From: Podospora anserina
Taxonomy: Eukaryota
Direction: 5' to 3'
DNA: 64,000 nucleotides
Assembly (NCBI GenBank): GCA_017654855.1
Contig: CM030335.1
Span: 2,542,001 to 2,606,000, forward strand
Part shown: in pieces, positions 49,101 to 61,876 of the stretch
How the letters are laid out: each line of letters opens with the position of its first letter
How positions within the stretch are numbered: position 1 is the stretch's first letter
Made by a program: the position numbers and the translations under genes
The notes under the pieces: generated by a model
Told to the model about the DNA's origin: nothing
Seen by the model: the letters and a program-made list of their open reading frames with translations, nothing else
The model's database searches: none

Positions 49101-50144
49101 AGGCAGAAAAGAAAAGTTCCCTCGAGTGAGATATGTCTTGCATCAGACAGTGCACAGTGCTTGCCTTGTCGGTCGTGATATGCGGTCGTGCTACGCAGCA
49201 AGTACTAGTCTCACTCTTATCTTACCCTCATGGCTGACATGACATCCTAGCCATGCGAGCGAAGTGAGCGACGATCCCGCCTCCCTGACCTCCCCGTCTC
49301 GGCCCGGGAGAGAGGTGTGGGCGGCAGGCAAGATCATTTCCTTCCCTCGCATTTGTTCCCTTGTCTCGGGGGGTTCAATATGTAGCTATTATTGCCCCGT
49401 TTCGCTCCGTACATACATAAGTTATTTAACTTGACCACTTTTGTTTTGGTTTTCCTCTGTGCCCCAGAGATACATCCCATCCCCCCATTTCCATCGGATA
49501 TCTCCTTTGGTGCAACCCTCGTTCTCTCTCGAAGCCCAATGGAAGTACCCAATCCACCCACCCCGGAGAAATCTCCTGACTTCCGGCGCCTGTGGTGGTT
49601 GCCCTCCATCAAATCGACTGGGGCAAGGCTCATCCTCGCCTCTTGGAACTGCATCTACGCGGCAGCCTTTTTCAGCCCGACGAATATGTATGTACGGGGT
49701 ATCTTGTGTAGGCTTTCGGCAGGTGAGGTAGGCAGGTAAATGCAAGCACCCAACTGCAAGGGTCAGGGTCCCTCACCCATCATCAGCTCAGAGTACCATT
49801 GAGGCTTTATTTCCACCGGGCTATTGTTAGAAACCCCCCTCCTTCTGTAAGGCGTAGCACACACACACACATACATGATACAAAACACAACCCCATCACC
49901 TCGACAACCGATCTCGGTGTTCATCTGCCTCAGACAGCAGGTTGATCCAACATCTGTCAATGCCAAACCACCGGCGAGCATTTTCTAGAATTTCTTATTA
50001 CGGTTAACGCTCAGACTCCCTTGAAGATCAACAAGAAAGGGAAAAAGCAAAAACGCGGCCGTTGTGGACAAAATCTGAAACAAGCAACGGCTCTCTCTCT
50101 CTCTCGTAAAATCCCCCTTGTCCGGTGAAAGGTGGGGTTTAATC

Positions 50145-50791
50145 AGCACTACGGCTTACCGCCGGGACACCCACCGCCAGGAGCCCGGCTAGGCATCACG
50201 GCGTAGCCTCCTGTTGGTCACGGGCCTAACCTACTTTGGCATTTCCGTCGAAAAACATCAAAAACACCAGTGGCAGCTCACATGCACAACCACACACATT
50301 TGCAAGGCCAAAAGTCGGTCAAAATAAGCCAAAATAAGTGCAAAATGAAGGGGAAAAGCCTGGAGATTCAATATAAGAAATACTTCAATATACATCGCAG
50401 CTTCGAGAAATATTAAAACGCATACGTAGGCAGGGTTACAACTTAAACGGCATCACCACACTATCTAATTCAAAACTACCACCCAACTCAACAGCCAATT
50501 CAACAGCCAATTCAACAGCTACTAGTCTTGCAATTACAGCTAGCCTAGTAATACGAGCCTTAAAGCCTTTACCTACTACACAGGCCGGGCAGGGTGGAAA
50601 CAGTAGTGGTTAGAGATAGTTATAGGCAGTATTAACTACTGCGGTGGAAGGTGATTAAAATATTCGTTGTTGGATAGGCCTGCACGAAATTACAGTTGAT
50701 TTTAGTGTGTTTTGACCGTTTTTCGATGTTTGTGGGATCTTTTACTTGATGTGATGCCTGGTCGGGCTCCACCACCAGCCAGTGCTTACCG
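50145..50791. mobile_element. Probable degenerate TIR-element relic
   Basis: Inverted blocks GGAGCCCGGCTAGGCATCAC (50180-50199) / GTGATGCCTGGTCGGGCTCC (50751-50770), TCGAAAAAC / GTTTTTCGA and AGCACT / AGTGCT around an AT- and TpA-rich core. Confidence 0.5.
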
Positions 50792-52227
50792 TCCTTCTCG
50801 GATCATCAGCCCCGTCCATTGTCCTTACGTACGATTTGTTTTACTTCCGCCGCTATCTCGGAGCGGGAGCGGGCATCGAGTTCATCGATTTTCCGCACAT
50901 TGTCGGCATCAATCCGTGAATATAGGTAAGGTTACGGATACAACCCCCAAAACCCCGATGACGTTGTTGTAGTCACAACCCCAGATACTTCCAAGAGATT
51001 GCCCTGTGGAGAAAACCCCTCCCCGGAGCTTGCCAACATCCAACAATTGACAAGCCAGGGCATGCCAGCAGGCAAGGCAGGACAATGGGAGACCAAACAC
51101 CTGATGCTGCTTGAGCAATGCTTTGTTGGAGGAGAGGAAGTTCAACGTTGTGGTGGAGATACCTATTCCTGTTGTCAAAAAAACCTCCCTCGTAAAGATC
51201 ATGGCTAAAAGGAAGGAAAGACGGTTGTGAAACCGGGCCACCACAGCTTGCTTCCCGGCCTTACGGGTTGGAACAAGAAACATTAATTGTTCTCTGATAT
51301 ATGGGCTCGGTTGTCCGCCTGCGCCGGGTATTCACCGAGGACTGTAGTAGTATTCGTATGATGTTTCCTTGTTTGAGAGAGGGTCTTTGCTGCAGTCATC
51401 AAGGAGCTTGGAAGAATAGTAGCCGAGTTGTGTTGCTTTGTCGAAAAGGAGGCTCTGGGGGGTTCACGGGCCAACAAAACCAACATGAAAACATGGGGAG
51501 AAATCCTAATTCAGATCCTGCCAGTCAAAATGCGAGATGCGAGAGAGGCAGAATCAATTGATGGAGAGGGGCCGTCGTTGTAGATAGAGAGAGTGGTCTT
51601 GGGTTGGAACGACACGCAGCGATTGGTGCAACACGCTCAGTCGCGCAAAAGAAGAGAAGCGGCCTGAGCCGCGTTTCCGATCGCGTCATTCCACTTCTGG
51701 AAAAGCCAAGGCTCGCCTTGCTGGGCACAGGGCAGGTTGGACAGTGTCGACAAGGGAGTAAGATGTACTGTGCTAGATTTGGAGCTGGGGTTGGAGCTGT
51801 GATGAAGATTCCCTGTCTGCGACGTTAACAAACGGCGGCGCTTAGGGGGATGATGGTGGTTGTGATGAGGTGCACACCGAGAGAACCTCGCTTGCAGAAA
51901 ACACACGGAAGACTGAGAAAGTGAGATCATGTCGGAGATGCCTCTCATTCTGGAAGTTTGGAAGATTGAACTCGAGCTGACAGCTCTTCGTTGTCGAACA
52001 TGGACCAATCAGCGGCCAAGACCGCCAGCTGACCGGCGGCTGCAGCACAACGACAATCTCCGCTCCAGAGAATTCTCAGCATGCAACAGCACCCGATTGC
52101 ACAAGTGGCATACGATTCAAACGACACTGAAGGATATCAATCAGAAGCTCGCCAAGTGGTGATTTTACCCTATCTGATAAGCAAACGCCACAATCACATT
52201 TGCATCACCCCAGAATTACCGCCCGCC

Positions 52228-54540
52228 ATGGACGCCGAAATCAGATCGGTCGTGCCGAACATCGACCCCGTGATTTCCGAGTACTCGGCCGGCTACCTGA
52301 CCCATGCCTCCACAGCTTGGTCCGGGTCCGGGGACGAGGAGGCCACCGGTCCGTCTCCGCTCGACGAGGCTGCCATTGCTATCACCGACCTGCTCGTCTC
52401 TGCCTCTGGCAACCCCAGCCCTGCTCAGCGAGAGAAGATCCAAGGTCTCGTTCAGAAGTGGGTGGACAAGTATGCTGCCGCCACCGACAAGCTCGATAGG
52501 AGAGGCCCTGCCGTCCGGCGTCTGGACCAGACCATTCAAGTGAGCTCGCAAAGGAACATGTCCTCGACTCTTGCCGTCGCCACTGGTGGTGTTGATCTGG
52601 AGTCGGCCAATGTCAGGAAGGTCGAGTCCAAGGTCGATAAGAAGAAGCTCGAGAAGGCCGAGAGGAAGATTGCCGCCAAGCAGAGCAAGAAGACCTACAA
52701 GACGGTCGAGTATGAGGCTTCGCGCCTCCTTAACCAACCAGATAACACTCAGTCGTATGAGGATTTCTACATGGCTGTCAACCCGCTGCAGCTGGGTGGT
52801 GCCCAGAGCGGCAAGTCCAAGGATATCAAGATCGACAACATCGATGTCTCGATTGGTGGCAGCAGAATCTTGACCGATACCACTTTGACTCTTGCCTATG
52901 GTCACCGCTACGGTCTCGTTGGTAACAACGGTGTGGGTAAATCTACTCTTCTGAGAGCTCTGTCTCGAAGAGAGGTTCCTATCCCGACTCATATCTCTAT
53001 TCTGCACGTCGAGCAAGAGATTATGGGTGATGATACCCCAGCCTTGCAGGCCGTGTTGGATGCCGATGTTTGGCGCAAGGTGTTGTTGAAGGAACAGGCC
53101 GTATGTTTAATTTTCCCAACCTATTAGGGCAGTTGCTAACAAGACAAACAGGAAATCACAACGAAACTGGCAGACATCGAAGCCCAGCGTTCTGGTATGG
53201 CAGACACTGCAACGGATGCCGCGAGACTAGACAAGGACCGTGAAGCCCTTGACAGCCGGCTTGGTGATATCCAGGGCAAGCTTGCCGAAATGGAGTCCGA
53301 TAAAGCGGAATCCAGGGCTGCCAGTATTCTGGCTGGTCTTGGTTTCTCACCTGAAAGACAGCAGTTTGCCACCAAGACATTCTCTGGTGGTTGGCGTATG
53401 CGTCTGGCTCTTGCTAGAGCTCTTTTCTGCGAGCCTGATCTTTTGCTTCTCGACGAACCGTCCAACATGTTGGACGTTCCGTCTATCACCTTCCTTTCCA
53501 ACTACCTTCAAGGCTACCCCAGCACCGTTCTTGTCGTATCTCACGACAGAGCCTTCCTCAACGAGGTGGCAACCGACATCATTCATCAACACTCCATGCG
53601 TCTCGACTACTACCGTGGTGCCAACTTCGAGTCCTTCTATGCCACCAAGGAGGAGCGGAGAAAGGTGGCCAAGAGAGAGTACGAGAACCAGATGGCACAG
53701 CGTGCCCATCTCCAAGCCTTCATTGACAAGTTCCGTTACAATGCCGCCAAGTCATCGGAAGCTCAATCCCGTATCAAGAAATTGGAGAAGATGCCTGTTC
53801 TCGAGCCTCCTGAGGCTGAGTACAGCGTGCACTTCAAGTTCCCAGATGTCGAAAAGATGACCCCACCAATCGTCCAAATGTCCGAGGTCACCTTTGGCTA
53901 CACACCAGACAAGATTCTTCTCAGAAATGTTGATTTGGATGTTCAGCTCGACTCCAGAATTGGTATTGTTGGACCCAACGGTGCTGGTAAGACAACAATT
54001 CTCAAGCTTCTCATCGGAAAGCTACAGCCCACATCCGGCACCATCACTCAGAACCCTCGTCTTCGTATTGGCTTCTTTGCCCAGCATCACGTTGATGCTC
54101 TTGATCTCAATGCCAGTGCCGTCACCTTCATGGCCAAGACCTACCCTGGCAGGACGGATGAAGAGTACCGTCGCCAGCTGGGTGCCTTTGGCATCACTGG
54201 CACAACTGGTCTGCAAAAGATGGAACTTCTTTCTGGTGGTCAAAAGTCTCGTGTTGCTTTTGCTTGTTTGGCGCTTACCAACCCTCACATCCTGGTTCTG
54301 GATGAACCTTCCAATCACTTGGATATTGAGGCCATGGATGCCTTGTCCGAGGCTCTACAGCAGTTCCAGGGCGGTGTGCTGATGGTTTCTCACGACGTTA
54401 CGATGTTGCAGACAGTGTGCACGTCGTTGTGGGTGTGTGATAATGGCACGGTGGAGAAGTTCCCTGGTGATGTCCAGGCTTACAAGAAGAGGATTACTGC
54501 ACAGGCCGATGCAGCTGGTGTTGCGAAGCAGCTCCTTTAA
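52228..54540 (+). CDS. GCN20: ABC-F protein Gcn20/ABCF3
   Basis: Exons 52228-53100 and 53152-54540; two ABC cassettes (GNNGVGKST, FSGGWRMR, LLLDEPSN; GPNGAGKTT, LSGGQKSR), no transmembrane domains, Gcn20-type N-terminal extension. Confidence 0.93.
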
Positions 54541-55038
54541 GTTTGATTATATAGCATAAATGATATGAACATCAGAAGTATTTTTTGAAGCATTGTGTGC
54601 CTTATATCAGGCAGTTTGTTTGATACGGATAATGATGAATGATATTGAGATGGGTGAATAATTATGAGGTCCAATCATTTGCCATGTTGCTCTCGGGCGA
54701 AAGAACTGAGTCGTTCCTGGCCGGGACATCTTCCGCTACTCAACTTGTGATACGGATTATAAAGGTCATATCCATGCATGACGGTGAATTCCTATCCACA
54801 TAGCCAGCATCTGATATCAATAATAACATATCCCTCAAAACCAGTCTGGTGATGTGTTGTCAAAGGTGTTCTCAAAGGCTTGGTGTGTGAGGTTAGTTTG
54901 GGCCAAACGCGACTAGCGCGTCGTGGTTCCCCCTCCCGAATCTGGCGAATGAGAGTAAACAATGGACCACGCAGGGACCACCCGGCAGCTGGGACTTTCC
55001 CCGATTCTTCGTTCCATTGGTGGTGCCTGATCCCCACT

Positions 55039-55074
55039 TGGCAGCAGTGGCAGCAGTGGCAGCAGTGGCAGCAG
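55039..55074. repeat. (TGGCAGCAG)4 tandem repeat in the beta-tubulin promoter
   Basis: Direct reading. Confidence 0.85.
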
Positions 55075-55253
55075 CGGTGAACAGTCGCCGCCTTTCATTT
55101 CCTTGCCCCCAAAAATCAACAAATCTCTCCTTTCCCCTACCAAAATCTCCACCCGCTGCTTTTCAGACCCGACGACGCCTGTTGTCCACCTTCGACCTTC
55201 TTCACTTCTTTATCGTCAAAGTCGTAAACCACCATCCCAGTAAAACCGCCAAA

Positions 55254-57128
55254 ATGCGTGAGATTGTAAGTTATCGCCAGCTCCATGCCCGAGAGCCCAA
55301 AAGACACGTCCCTGTGGCTTTTTTGGTCCCTGACCCAAAACCCCACCCTCGGGATCACGCCGCAGCAGAGCTTCCTGGGACGACCTCAGGTCGACCGAGG
55401 GCTGCCATGGCGATGGTGCAGTAAACAATATCATGACGACGATAGCTAACCGTTGTCTTCTCTTCAACAGGTCCATCTTCAGACCGGTCAGTGCGTAAGT
55501 AACCGGTCGACTCGAATCCGTCTACCACCACAGCTTGACCGTACTGACACTGCCCTCTCAGGGTAACCAAATTGGTGCCGCCTTCTGGTATGTCAAACCA
55601 CGCTTGCGACTTGGGAATCGATAATATCACAAGTGATTGAAACTGACACCTTCTACAGGCAGATTATCTCCGGCGAGCACGGCTTGGACAGCAATGGCGT
55701 GTATGTGTTATCGTCGGGCCTCGCATCATTCGAATAACCACTCACCGCTCCCATAGGTACAACGGCACTTCCGAGCTCCAGCTCGAGCGCATGAATGTCT
55801 ACTTCAACGAGGTACATACCCAACACGATGCCTTCACCGCTGTCACATCACCATATCATGGCTAACACCTTTGTTCCTTCAGGCTTCCGGCAACAAGTAT
55901 GTTCCCCGCGCTGTCCTCGTCGATCTCGAGCCCGGCACCATGGACGCTGTCCGTGCTGGTCCATTCGGCCAGCTCTTCCGCCCCGACAACTTCGTCTTCG
56001 GCCAGTCCGGTGCTGGCAACAACTGGGCCAAGGGTCATTACACTGAGGGTGCTGAGCTCGTTGACCAGGTCCTCGACGTTGTCCGTCGTGAGGCCGAAGG
56101 CTGCGACTGCCTCCAGGGTTTCCAGATCACCCACTCCCTTGGTGGTGGTACCGGTGCCGGTATGGGTACCCTTTTGATCTCCAAGATCCGCGAGGAGTTC
56201 CCCGACCGTATGATGGCCACCTTCTCCGTCGTGCCATCGCCCAAGGTTTCCGACACCGTTGTTGAGCCCTACAACGCCACCCTCTCCGTCCATCAGCTTG
56301 TTGAGAACTCCGACGAGACCTTCTGCATTGACAACGAGGCTCTCTACGACATCTGCATGCGCACCCTCAAGCTCCCTAACCCCTCGTATGGTGATCTCAA
56401 CCACCTCGTCTCCGCCGTCATGTCCGGTGTGACCGTTTCTCTCCGTTTCCCCGGCCAGCTCAACTCTGATCTCCGCAAGTTGGCTGTCAACATGGTTCCT
56501 TTCCCTCGTCTCCACTTCTTCATGGTCGGCTTCGCTCCCCTGACCAGCCGTGGCGCCCACTCTTTCCGCGCCGTGTCCGTTCCCGAGTTGACCCAGCAGA
56601 TGTTCGACCCCAAGAACATGATGGCTGCTTCCGACTTCCGCAACGGTCGTTACCTCACTTGCTCTGCCATCTTGTAAGTTTTGCCACGCTTCATTGATTA
56701 ACCAGCAAGTTCCAAAGTATACTGACTCTGTTTCTAGCCGTGGCAAGGTCTCTATGAAGGAGGTTGAGGATCAGATGCGCAACGTGCAGAACAAGAACTC
56801 GTCTTACTTCGTTGAGTGGATTCCCAACAACGTCCAGACCGCTCTCTGCTCCATCCCTCCCCGTGGCCTCAAGATGTCGTCGACCTTCGTCGGTAACTCT
56901 ACTGCTATCCAGGAGCTCTTCAAGCGCATTGGCGAGCAGTTCACTGCCATGTTCCGTCGCAAGGCTTTCTTGCATTGGTACACTGGTGAGGGTATGGACG
57001 AGATGGAGTTTACTGAGGCTGAGTCCAACATGAACGATCTCGTTTCGGAGTACCAGCAATACCAGGATGCTGGTGTTGATGAGGAGGAGGAGGAGTACGA
57101 GGAGGAGGCCCCCGCTGAGGAGGAGTAG
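55254..57128 (+). CDS. tub2: Beta-tubulin
   Basis: Exons 55254-55265, 55471-55494, 55562-55587, 55659-55700, 55757-55811, 55883-56673, 56738-57128; [26 protein letters not shown], acidic tail; E198/F200 region reads wild-type (DETFCID). Confidence 0.99.
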
Positions 57129-58541
57129 AACACCAACGACGTGTCCCCTCTACTGCCGGCGGCTGGCCCACAGGATCATGCCGGTGTTGATATTGAGCAT
57201 CATCCACTAGGCGGCTTGTCGACGGATCGTTTGTTGGCTTAAGGATGACTAACCCTGTTTGGAAGCGTTCTTGACGTGTAGCCCTTTTTTGTTGGTGGAT
57301 AATGGATTATTGATTATATCAGTTGGGCCCGCCGTTGAAAACGCTGCTTCTGTGACATCTTTCTTTTTACCCCGTGCCTTCAGTTCTTTGTTGTGATGGA
57401 GCCGGAGTTTCGTCGGTGGGGGGTTGATCCGGTCAAAATACTAGACATGGAGGCAGGGTCCGTCTGGGATGGCCTCCTTTTTTTCAAACATAGTACATTA
57501 GAAAATATATGCGCACGCATGGTGGTAATTACCATTGGAGTTTTTTTGCTTGCTTAGCCTGTTGGGTTACTCGTGTGTGATCTTGCTGTGTGATGTTGTT
57601 TGTGATTACTGGGGATCTGCTGGGTGTGGTCTCTAACGTGGACATACCTTAGCATGAGGGCTAGGTGTGTGTATATTTTTGAGTCAAGATCCACAGTTAT
57701 TCATCTCGTGGCCAACGAGATGGGTTCTGACCGCCTCCTTAGGATGTGTGGTACTTGTTTATGGTATCATTTCGGGAATGGGACAGACTTGGAGGTAGGA
57801 GAGAGTATGAGCGGCTGTGAGTTTTCTGGCCAGAGGAGGGAGGAGCTTGAAACCGGTAGGGTGTGTGGCTTGGAAAAGGGCGGTTATTATGGTGTTCGGG
57901 GGAAGGGGGTCACTGGAGATCATTGGTTTTTGCGGTGGGGTTCAGGTAGGTGTGCAAGATACGGGGTGGCAGTTCACTTGGGTTGATGGCCGCGCTTTTT
58001 TGGAGAGGGGGATAGATGCTGGGAGAAAAGCTTGGGGGCTTAAAAGATGGTCAAACTAATTCTCTTTAAAACACTTCTCAGCTATCTTTCAAAGCCTATT
58101 TACTCGGTACTTTTCAAGGTCTATCAACTATCTATCAAGGCACGGTGTCTGGATACCATCTTGCGTGAGAGACCCATAATCATCAACATCCTTCTGTGGT
58201 ACTATTCAATACATACATATACAACCCCTGTCTAAGAAGATATTTACATGGACATTTTCTTGGCCACCTTTCCATGCCCCCCACCCCCCTTTCCCTTCAT
58301 AGCCCATCCCAGGCTACCTATGCTATTACTTTCCATCCCGGTACATATCCTCATGTTTTGGGTTGTCCACAATGCAATTCGCCCCCCTAATCCCCTTCCC
58401 CCTTCAAACTCCAAAGTGATTTGCCTCGCCCCTATGCACAACTGTTTATAAGAAGCCAAAATGCGCGCACCGTTTTCCTTCCTTCCACTATCTCGACCCA
58501 GAAACAAAAACCAAACGCCATGAAACCATTTGCCGGACCCG

Positions 58542-60062
58542 TCAACGAGCCTGGCTTCCATTCACATACGTCCCATTCCCGTTGGCCTGGCCATTCACAC
58601 CGTTCCCATTCGCCTGACTCTGCGGTGGAACATTCTCATACCCGTGATGTTGGTGCTGGACATCAGTAGGACTATCATGCACCACCATCCCAGTCAACCC
58701 ATTCATCGTGCTTCCTCTCCTAACCAGAGAAATAGTCGTGTTCATCGTCGCCGTCCTCGTCATAACCGGGCTCCCCGTGCGAGTCCGTCGCAGCCTCGGT
58801 ACGGCCCTCCCAGTCTCACGCTCCGCCTCACAATTCCCACAAGCGCCCGCGCCCCCTGCAATCGCCAACCGTCTAAACAACGGATACAAGTCATGAGCCA
58901 TGGGCCTTTTAGTAAAATCCGCATCCATCATGGCTCGAATCACAGGCAATATCTCCTTGATCGCAGCCGCCGATTCGGCCTTCTTGGGGTTGCTGTCGAT
59001 GAGCCGGTCCGCAATCTGGCACAGGTGGAAGAGGTAGGCATCAAGACGTTCGAGGGACTCCGAGTACTTGAACTCCCCCAGGTTGTCCGTCCTCAATTGC
59101 TGCTCGGCGAAATCAGGCGGTCGCCCCAGCAATGTGGTGGCCATTTCTAGGAACACACATCCAAGGGAAAAGACATCGGACCGCTCGTCTCGCTGGGTTT
59201 CGTTGATGGCCTCGGGGTCGGCGTACTTGAGTGTCTTGGGCGTGGGTCCTTCCGAGTGCTGACCGGTCTCAAAGTGCTTTGACAAGCCAAAATCGGTTAA
59301 TACGGGAAGAAGAAAATCGTCAATGACAATATTTTCGGGCTTGATATCTTTGTGCCGGATTCGAATGTTACTTCTGTGGAGGAATGCCACGGCTTGTGAC
59401 AAGCATCCGAAATACGTATGCAGGGCGGCCTCGTTTTCCGGCTCGCGACTGTTGATGATGTGGTTCATGAAGAAGCGGAGGTTGCATTGTGCTGGAGGGT
59501 ACATGGCAATGCCCAGTATGTGCTTCTTGATTTGTTGATCAACTCTGATAGCTTTGACCTTCGCTCTCTGCTGCCTCCTCACCCCAGTTGAGATGCAGTA
59601 ATCTTCAAAGCTGGCCACGTAAACGACGATATGGGGGTGTTTGATCGAGGCCATGTTCCTTACTTCCTCCAAGGCCAGCATCCTGACGTGGCTGTCAGGC
59701 CCGGGTGGCCGTAAATTATCCTTGCAAGTGATAATCTTCAAGGCAAGTGGCCGCCGATATGGATATCCTTCAGGGACATTGACTTTGTATACGACCGTGG
59801 TTCCAGATTCTCCAAGCTGCTCGCCGATCTGAATGAACGGATGGGGGGCCCTGATATATTCCTTATTGGCATGGTGGAAGACCTTATGCTTGCTATCATC
59901 AAGCCCTGCTCTTTCCACTGGCCGGATCCAAGCTTCGCCCGTCTCACGGCCCTCCTCGTCCCAGATGAAGTGCTCGTCGTCTCGCCAGTCTAGGAACTCA
60001 TCAAGCGTAATAGGCTGTGACTGGGTGATAGACTGGCTACTGTTGGCCGAATCGAACGACAT
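58542..60062 (-). CDS. Fungal Ser/Thr protein kinase (~506 aa)
   Basis: First AUG at 60062 (MSFDSAN); LGESGTTVVYKV, LALK, EEVRNM, HKDIKPENI, TDFGLS, YADPE, SDVFSLGCV. Confidence 0.9.
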   Translation of the reverse strand: MSFDSANSSQSITQSQPITLDEFLDWRDDEHFIWDEEGRETGEAWIRPVERAGLDDSKHKVFHHANKEYIRAPHPFIQIGEQLGESGTTVVYKVNVPEGYPYRRPLALKIITCKDNLRPPGPDSHVRMLALEEVRNMASIKHPHIVVYVASFEDYCISTGVRRQQRAKVKAIRVDQQIKKHILGIAMYPPAQCNLRFFMNHIINSREPENEAALHTYFGCLSQAVAFLHRSNIRIRHKDIKPENIVIDDFLLPVLTDFGLSKHFETGQHSEGPTPKTLKYADPEAINETQRDERSDVFSLGCVFLEMATTLLGRPPDFAEQQLRTDNLGEFKYSESLERLDAYLFHLCQIADRLIDSNPKKAESAAAIKEILPVIRAMMDADFTKRPMAHDLYPLFRRLAIAGGAGACGNCEAERETGRAVPRLRRTRTGSPVMTRTATMNTTISLVRRGSTMNGLTGMVVHDSPTDVQHQHHGYENVPPQSQANGNGVNGQANGNGTYVNGSQAR

Positions 60063-60146
60063 GGGAAGTGCCTGTGTGACAGGCTCCGCAACGCAGGACA
60101 CAACCAGGTCCTGTGTCCGGTGGGTGTCTGTTGAGCGACGAAATGC

Positions 60147-60147
<1 letters not shown>

Positions 60148-60178
<31 letters not shown>

Positions 60179-60202
60179 CAGCAGCAGCAGCAGGAGGAGG
60201 AG
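60148..60202. repeat. (GTA)n(GCA)n(GGA)n compound microsatellite
   Basis: Direct reading; lies in the kinase 5' leader. Confidence 0.9.
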
Positions 60203-61789
60203 AAAAGATTTGAAATGGGGATGCAGTGACAGCCGCGCTCAGTATTTGTGTGAGGGTGCACGAACAGGAGGAGGAGTGGCCGGTTTGGCAAAACTGAACG
60301 GTTAGAATTGGTAAAGAAACAGGGAGGACTGGCGAATGAAGTCGAAAAGGCGGGTTGGAGGGAGGCGGACAAGAATTCGCTGGGCAGATTTTGTGTAGTA
60401 GTCTGTTCGCTCTCACCGATGTGTGTACAACAGTGGTCAGCTAAACACGCGCTTGGCACTGTTTTTGGAGAGGACACACAGCCTTAGCCAATGTCACCAA
60501 TCCAATCCACGCCGTGATTCAGCATGCTGCGCAATGCGGCTTGGGTCGTAGGGCCGTCCTGGGGGACCAATGAAAAGTGTTGGAGCGTACCTGGGTTGTC
60601 CTACAGGGAGTGAGGTGCCGGATGGAAGATGGGTGAGGAAGTCCAGCGCGGTACCGGGTTGGAATCTGACTGTCTTCTCAAAGGAACGGGCCGGGCGCAG
60701 CCTAAGTCTGTCGCCCTGTGGCACGCCCCGCAATGCATGCGTGGCAGCGGCAGTTGAAGCTGTTCATGGGTGCCTGATGGTGGGGTCCATCTGACGCCTA
60801 CCCTGACCGATGTCCTGATGTGGTAGTCGCCATCGATTTGGAAGTTCGGGGTAGTAAACAGTCACACGTGGGAAGTAAATAAGCTCTGTGAATCACACCT
60901 TAAACTTTAAAATGAGCCATGCCCCAGAATCGGAGGGGTACTGAGTAGAGTGCACCTTCCTCCGGCCTGGATGACGACGGTGAAAGGGTAGAGGGTTAGG
61001 GTGCGAGATAATGTGGTTCGACTTACACGGGCTCTGCTCGCTGCCGAAATACACACCGAGAAGGCAGGTGACCCAAAACTTTGACAGATGACCACGTATA
61101 TAGTTGGTTTGAAATTTTGCAGCTGTGAACGCTCGTACAATGTTGGAAAGAACGTATATCTTGGCTTTCCCATTCCACTGACCGGAGGCGTTCCACCCCG
61201 ATTGCCTTGAGATGTCGAGATTTTGAGCATCATGACTCTTGCGGGTTCTTTATCGCGAGAAATGACGAGGCTCTTAAACTTTAACCCGAAGTCAGATATC
61301 CAAACTAAGTACCTACGCTATACGTGTTGGCCGACGCTTTCGATCACAGTATGGGTGCTGTCTGTGAGCCGGGCAAGTGGTTCCCAGAACTGTTGGTAAA
61401 TACGAGCAATGAGAAAATATGATGGAATGTGAGCCTGTCAAGAATAGATACGACTATACATTATTTCATTAGCCTCAGACTTTCATGAGATGTGAGAATG
61501 TTGTGAAGTCAGTGAAGGGCTCTTGCACACCACACAGTGTTCTCGTTGTGGTGGCGTGCAGGGTTCCAGTCTGTCAGATTCGGCTCTGACGAGCTTGCCG
61601 TCTGCTCGGTTCTGCTTGAGGTAAGTTTGCCTGAGACATAACTGGTTCATGCCGTCATAAGGGCCTTGGAGGGTTATGCCACTGGAAAATAAGCGGATTT
61701 ATGTTAAGGATAGTTTGGATGTTTGGGCCTGCAAATATTCCTATAGAAAAGCCAAATCTCAGCAGATGTAGCATCAATTGGAACTAGCC

Positions 61790-61876
61790 GCCCGGCTAGC
61801 TCAATCGGTAGAGCGTGAGACTCTTAAGGAGTACTCCGAAATCTCAAGGTTGTGGGTTCGACCCCCACGTCGGGCT
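61790..61876 (+). tRNA. tRNA-Lys(CTT) with a 14-nt intron
   Basis: Acceptor stem GCCCGGC/GTCGGGC, A box TAGCTCAATCGGTAGAGC, anticodon arm TGAGA-CT-CTT-A, intron ~61827-61840, T loop GGTTCGACCC, T5 terminator at ~61899. Confidence 0.95.

Noticed and set aside
52081-52227. Upstream in-frame AUG extensions of GCN20 (52081) and SRP40 (24829)
   Set aside because: The downstream AUGs have better context (GCCATGG, ACAATGG) and begin the recognisable protein; the upstream AUGs are probably 5' of the TSS
38909-54540. cpc-1 and GCN20 (both general amino-acid control) about 12.5 kb apart
   Set aside because: Separated by an unrelated gene and long intergenic DNA; chance linkage cannot be excluded without synteny data
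54625-54714. Box C/D snoRNA-like pattern (ATGATGA at 54632, CTGA at 54706, TGGGTGAATAAT resembling an antisense to LSU rRNA AUUGUUCACCCA, recalled from memory)
   Set aside because: Lies in the AT-rich GCN20 3' end, has a weak terminal stem, and the D'+5 position falls on a G-U pair; needs snoscan and small-RNA data
61828-61837. Perfect palindrome GGAGTACTCC in the tRNA intron
   Set aside because: Small self-complementary tRNA introns are unremarkable and no further function is supported
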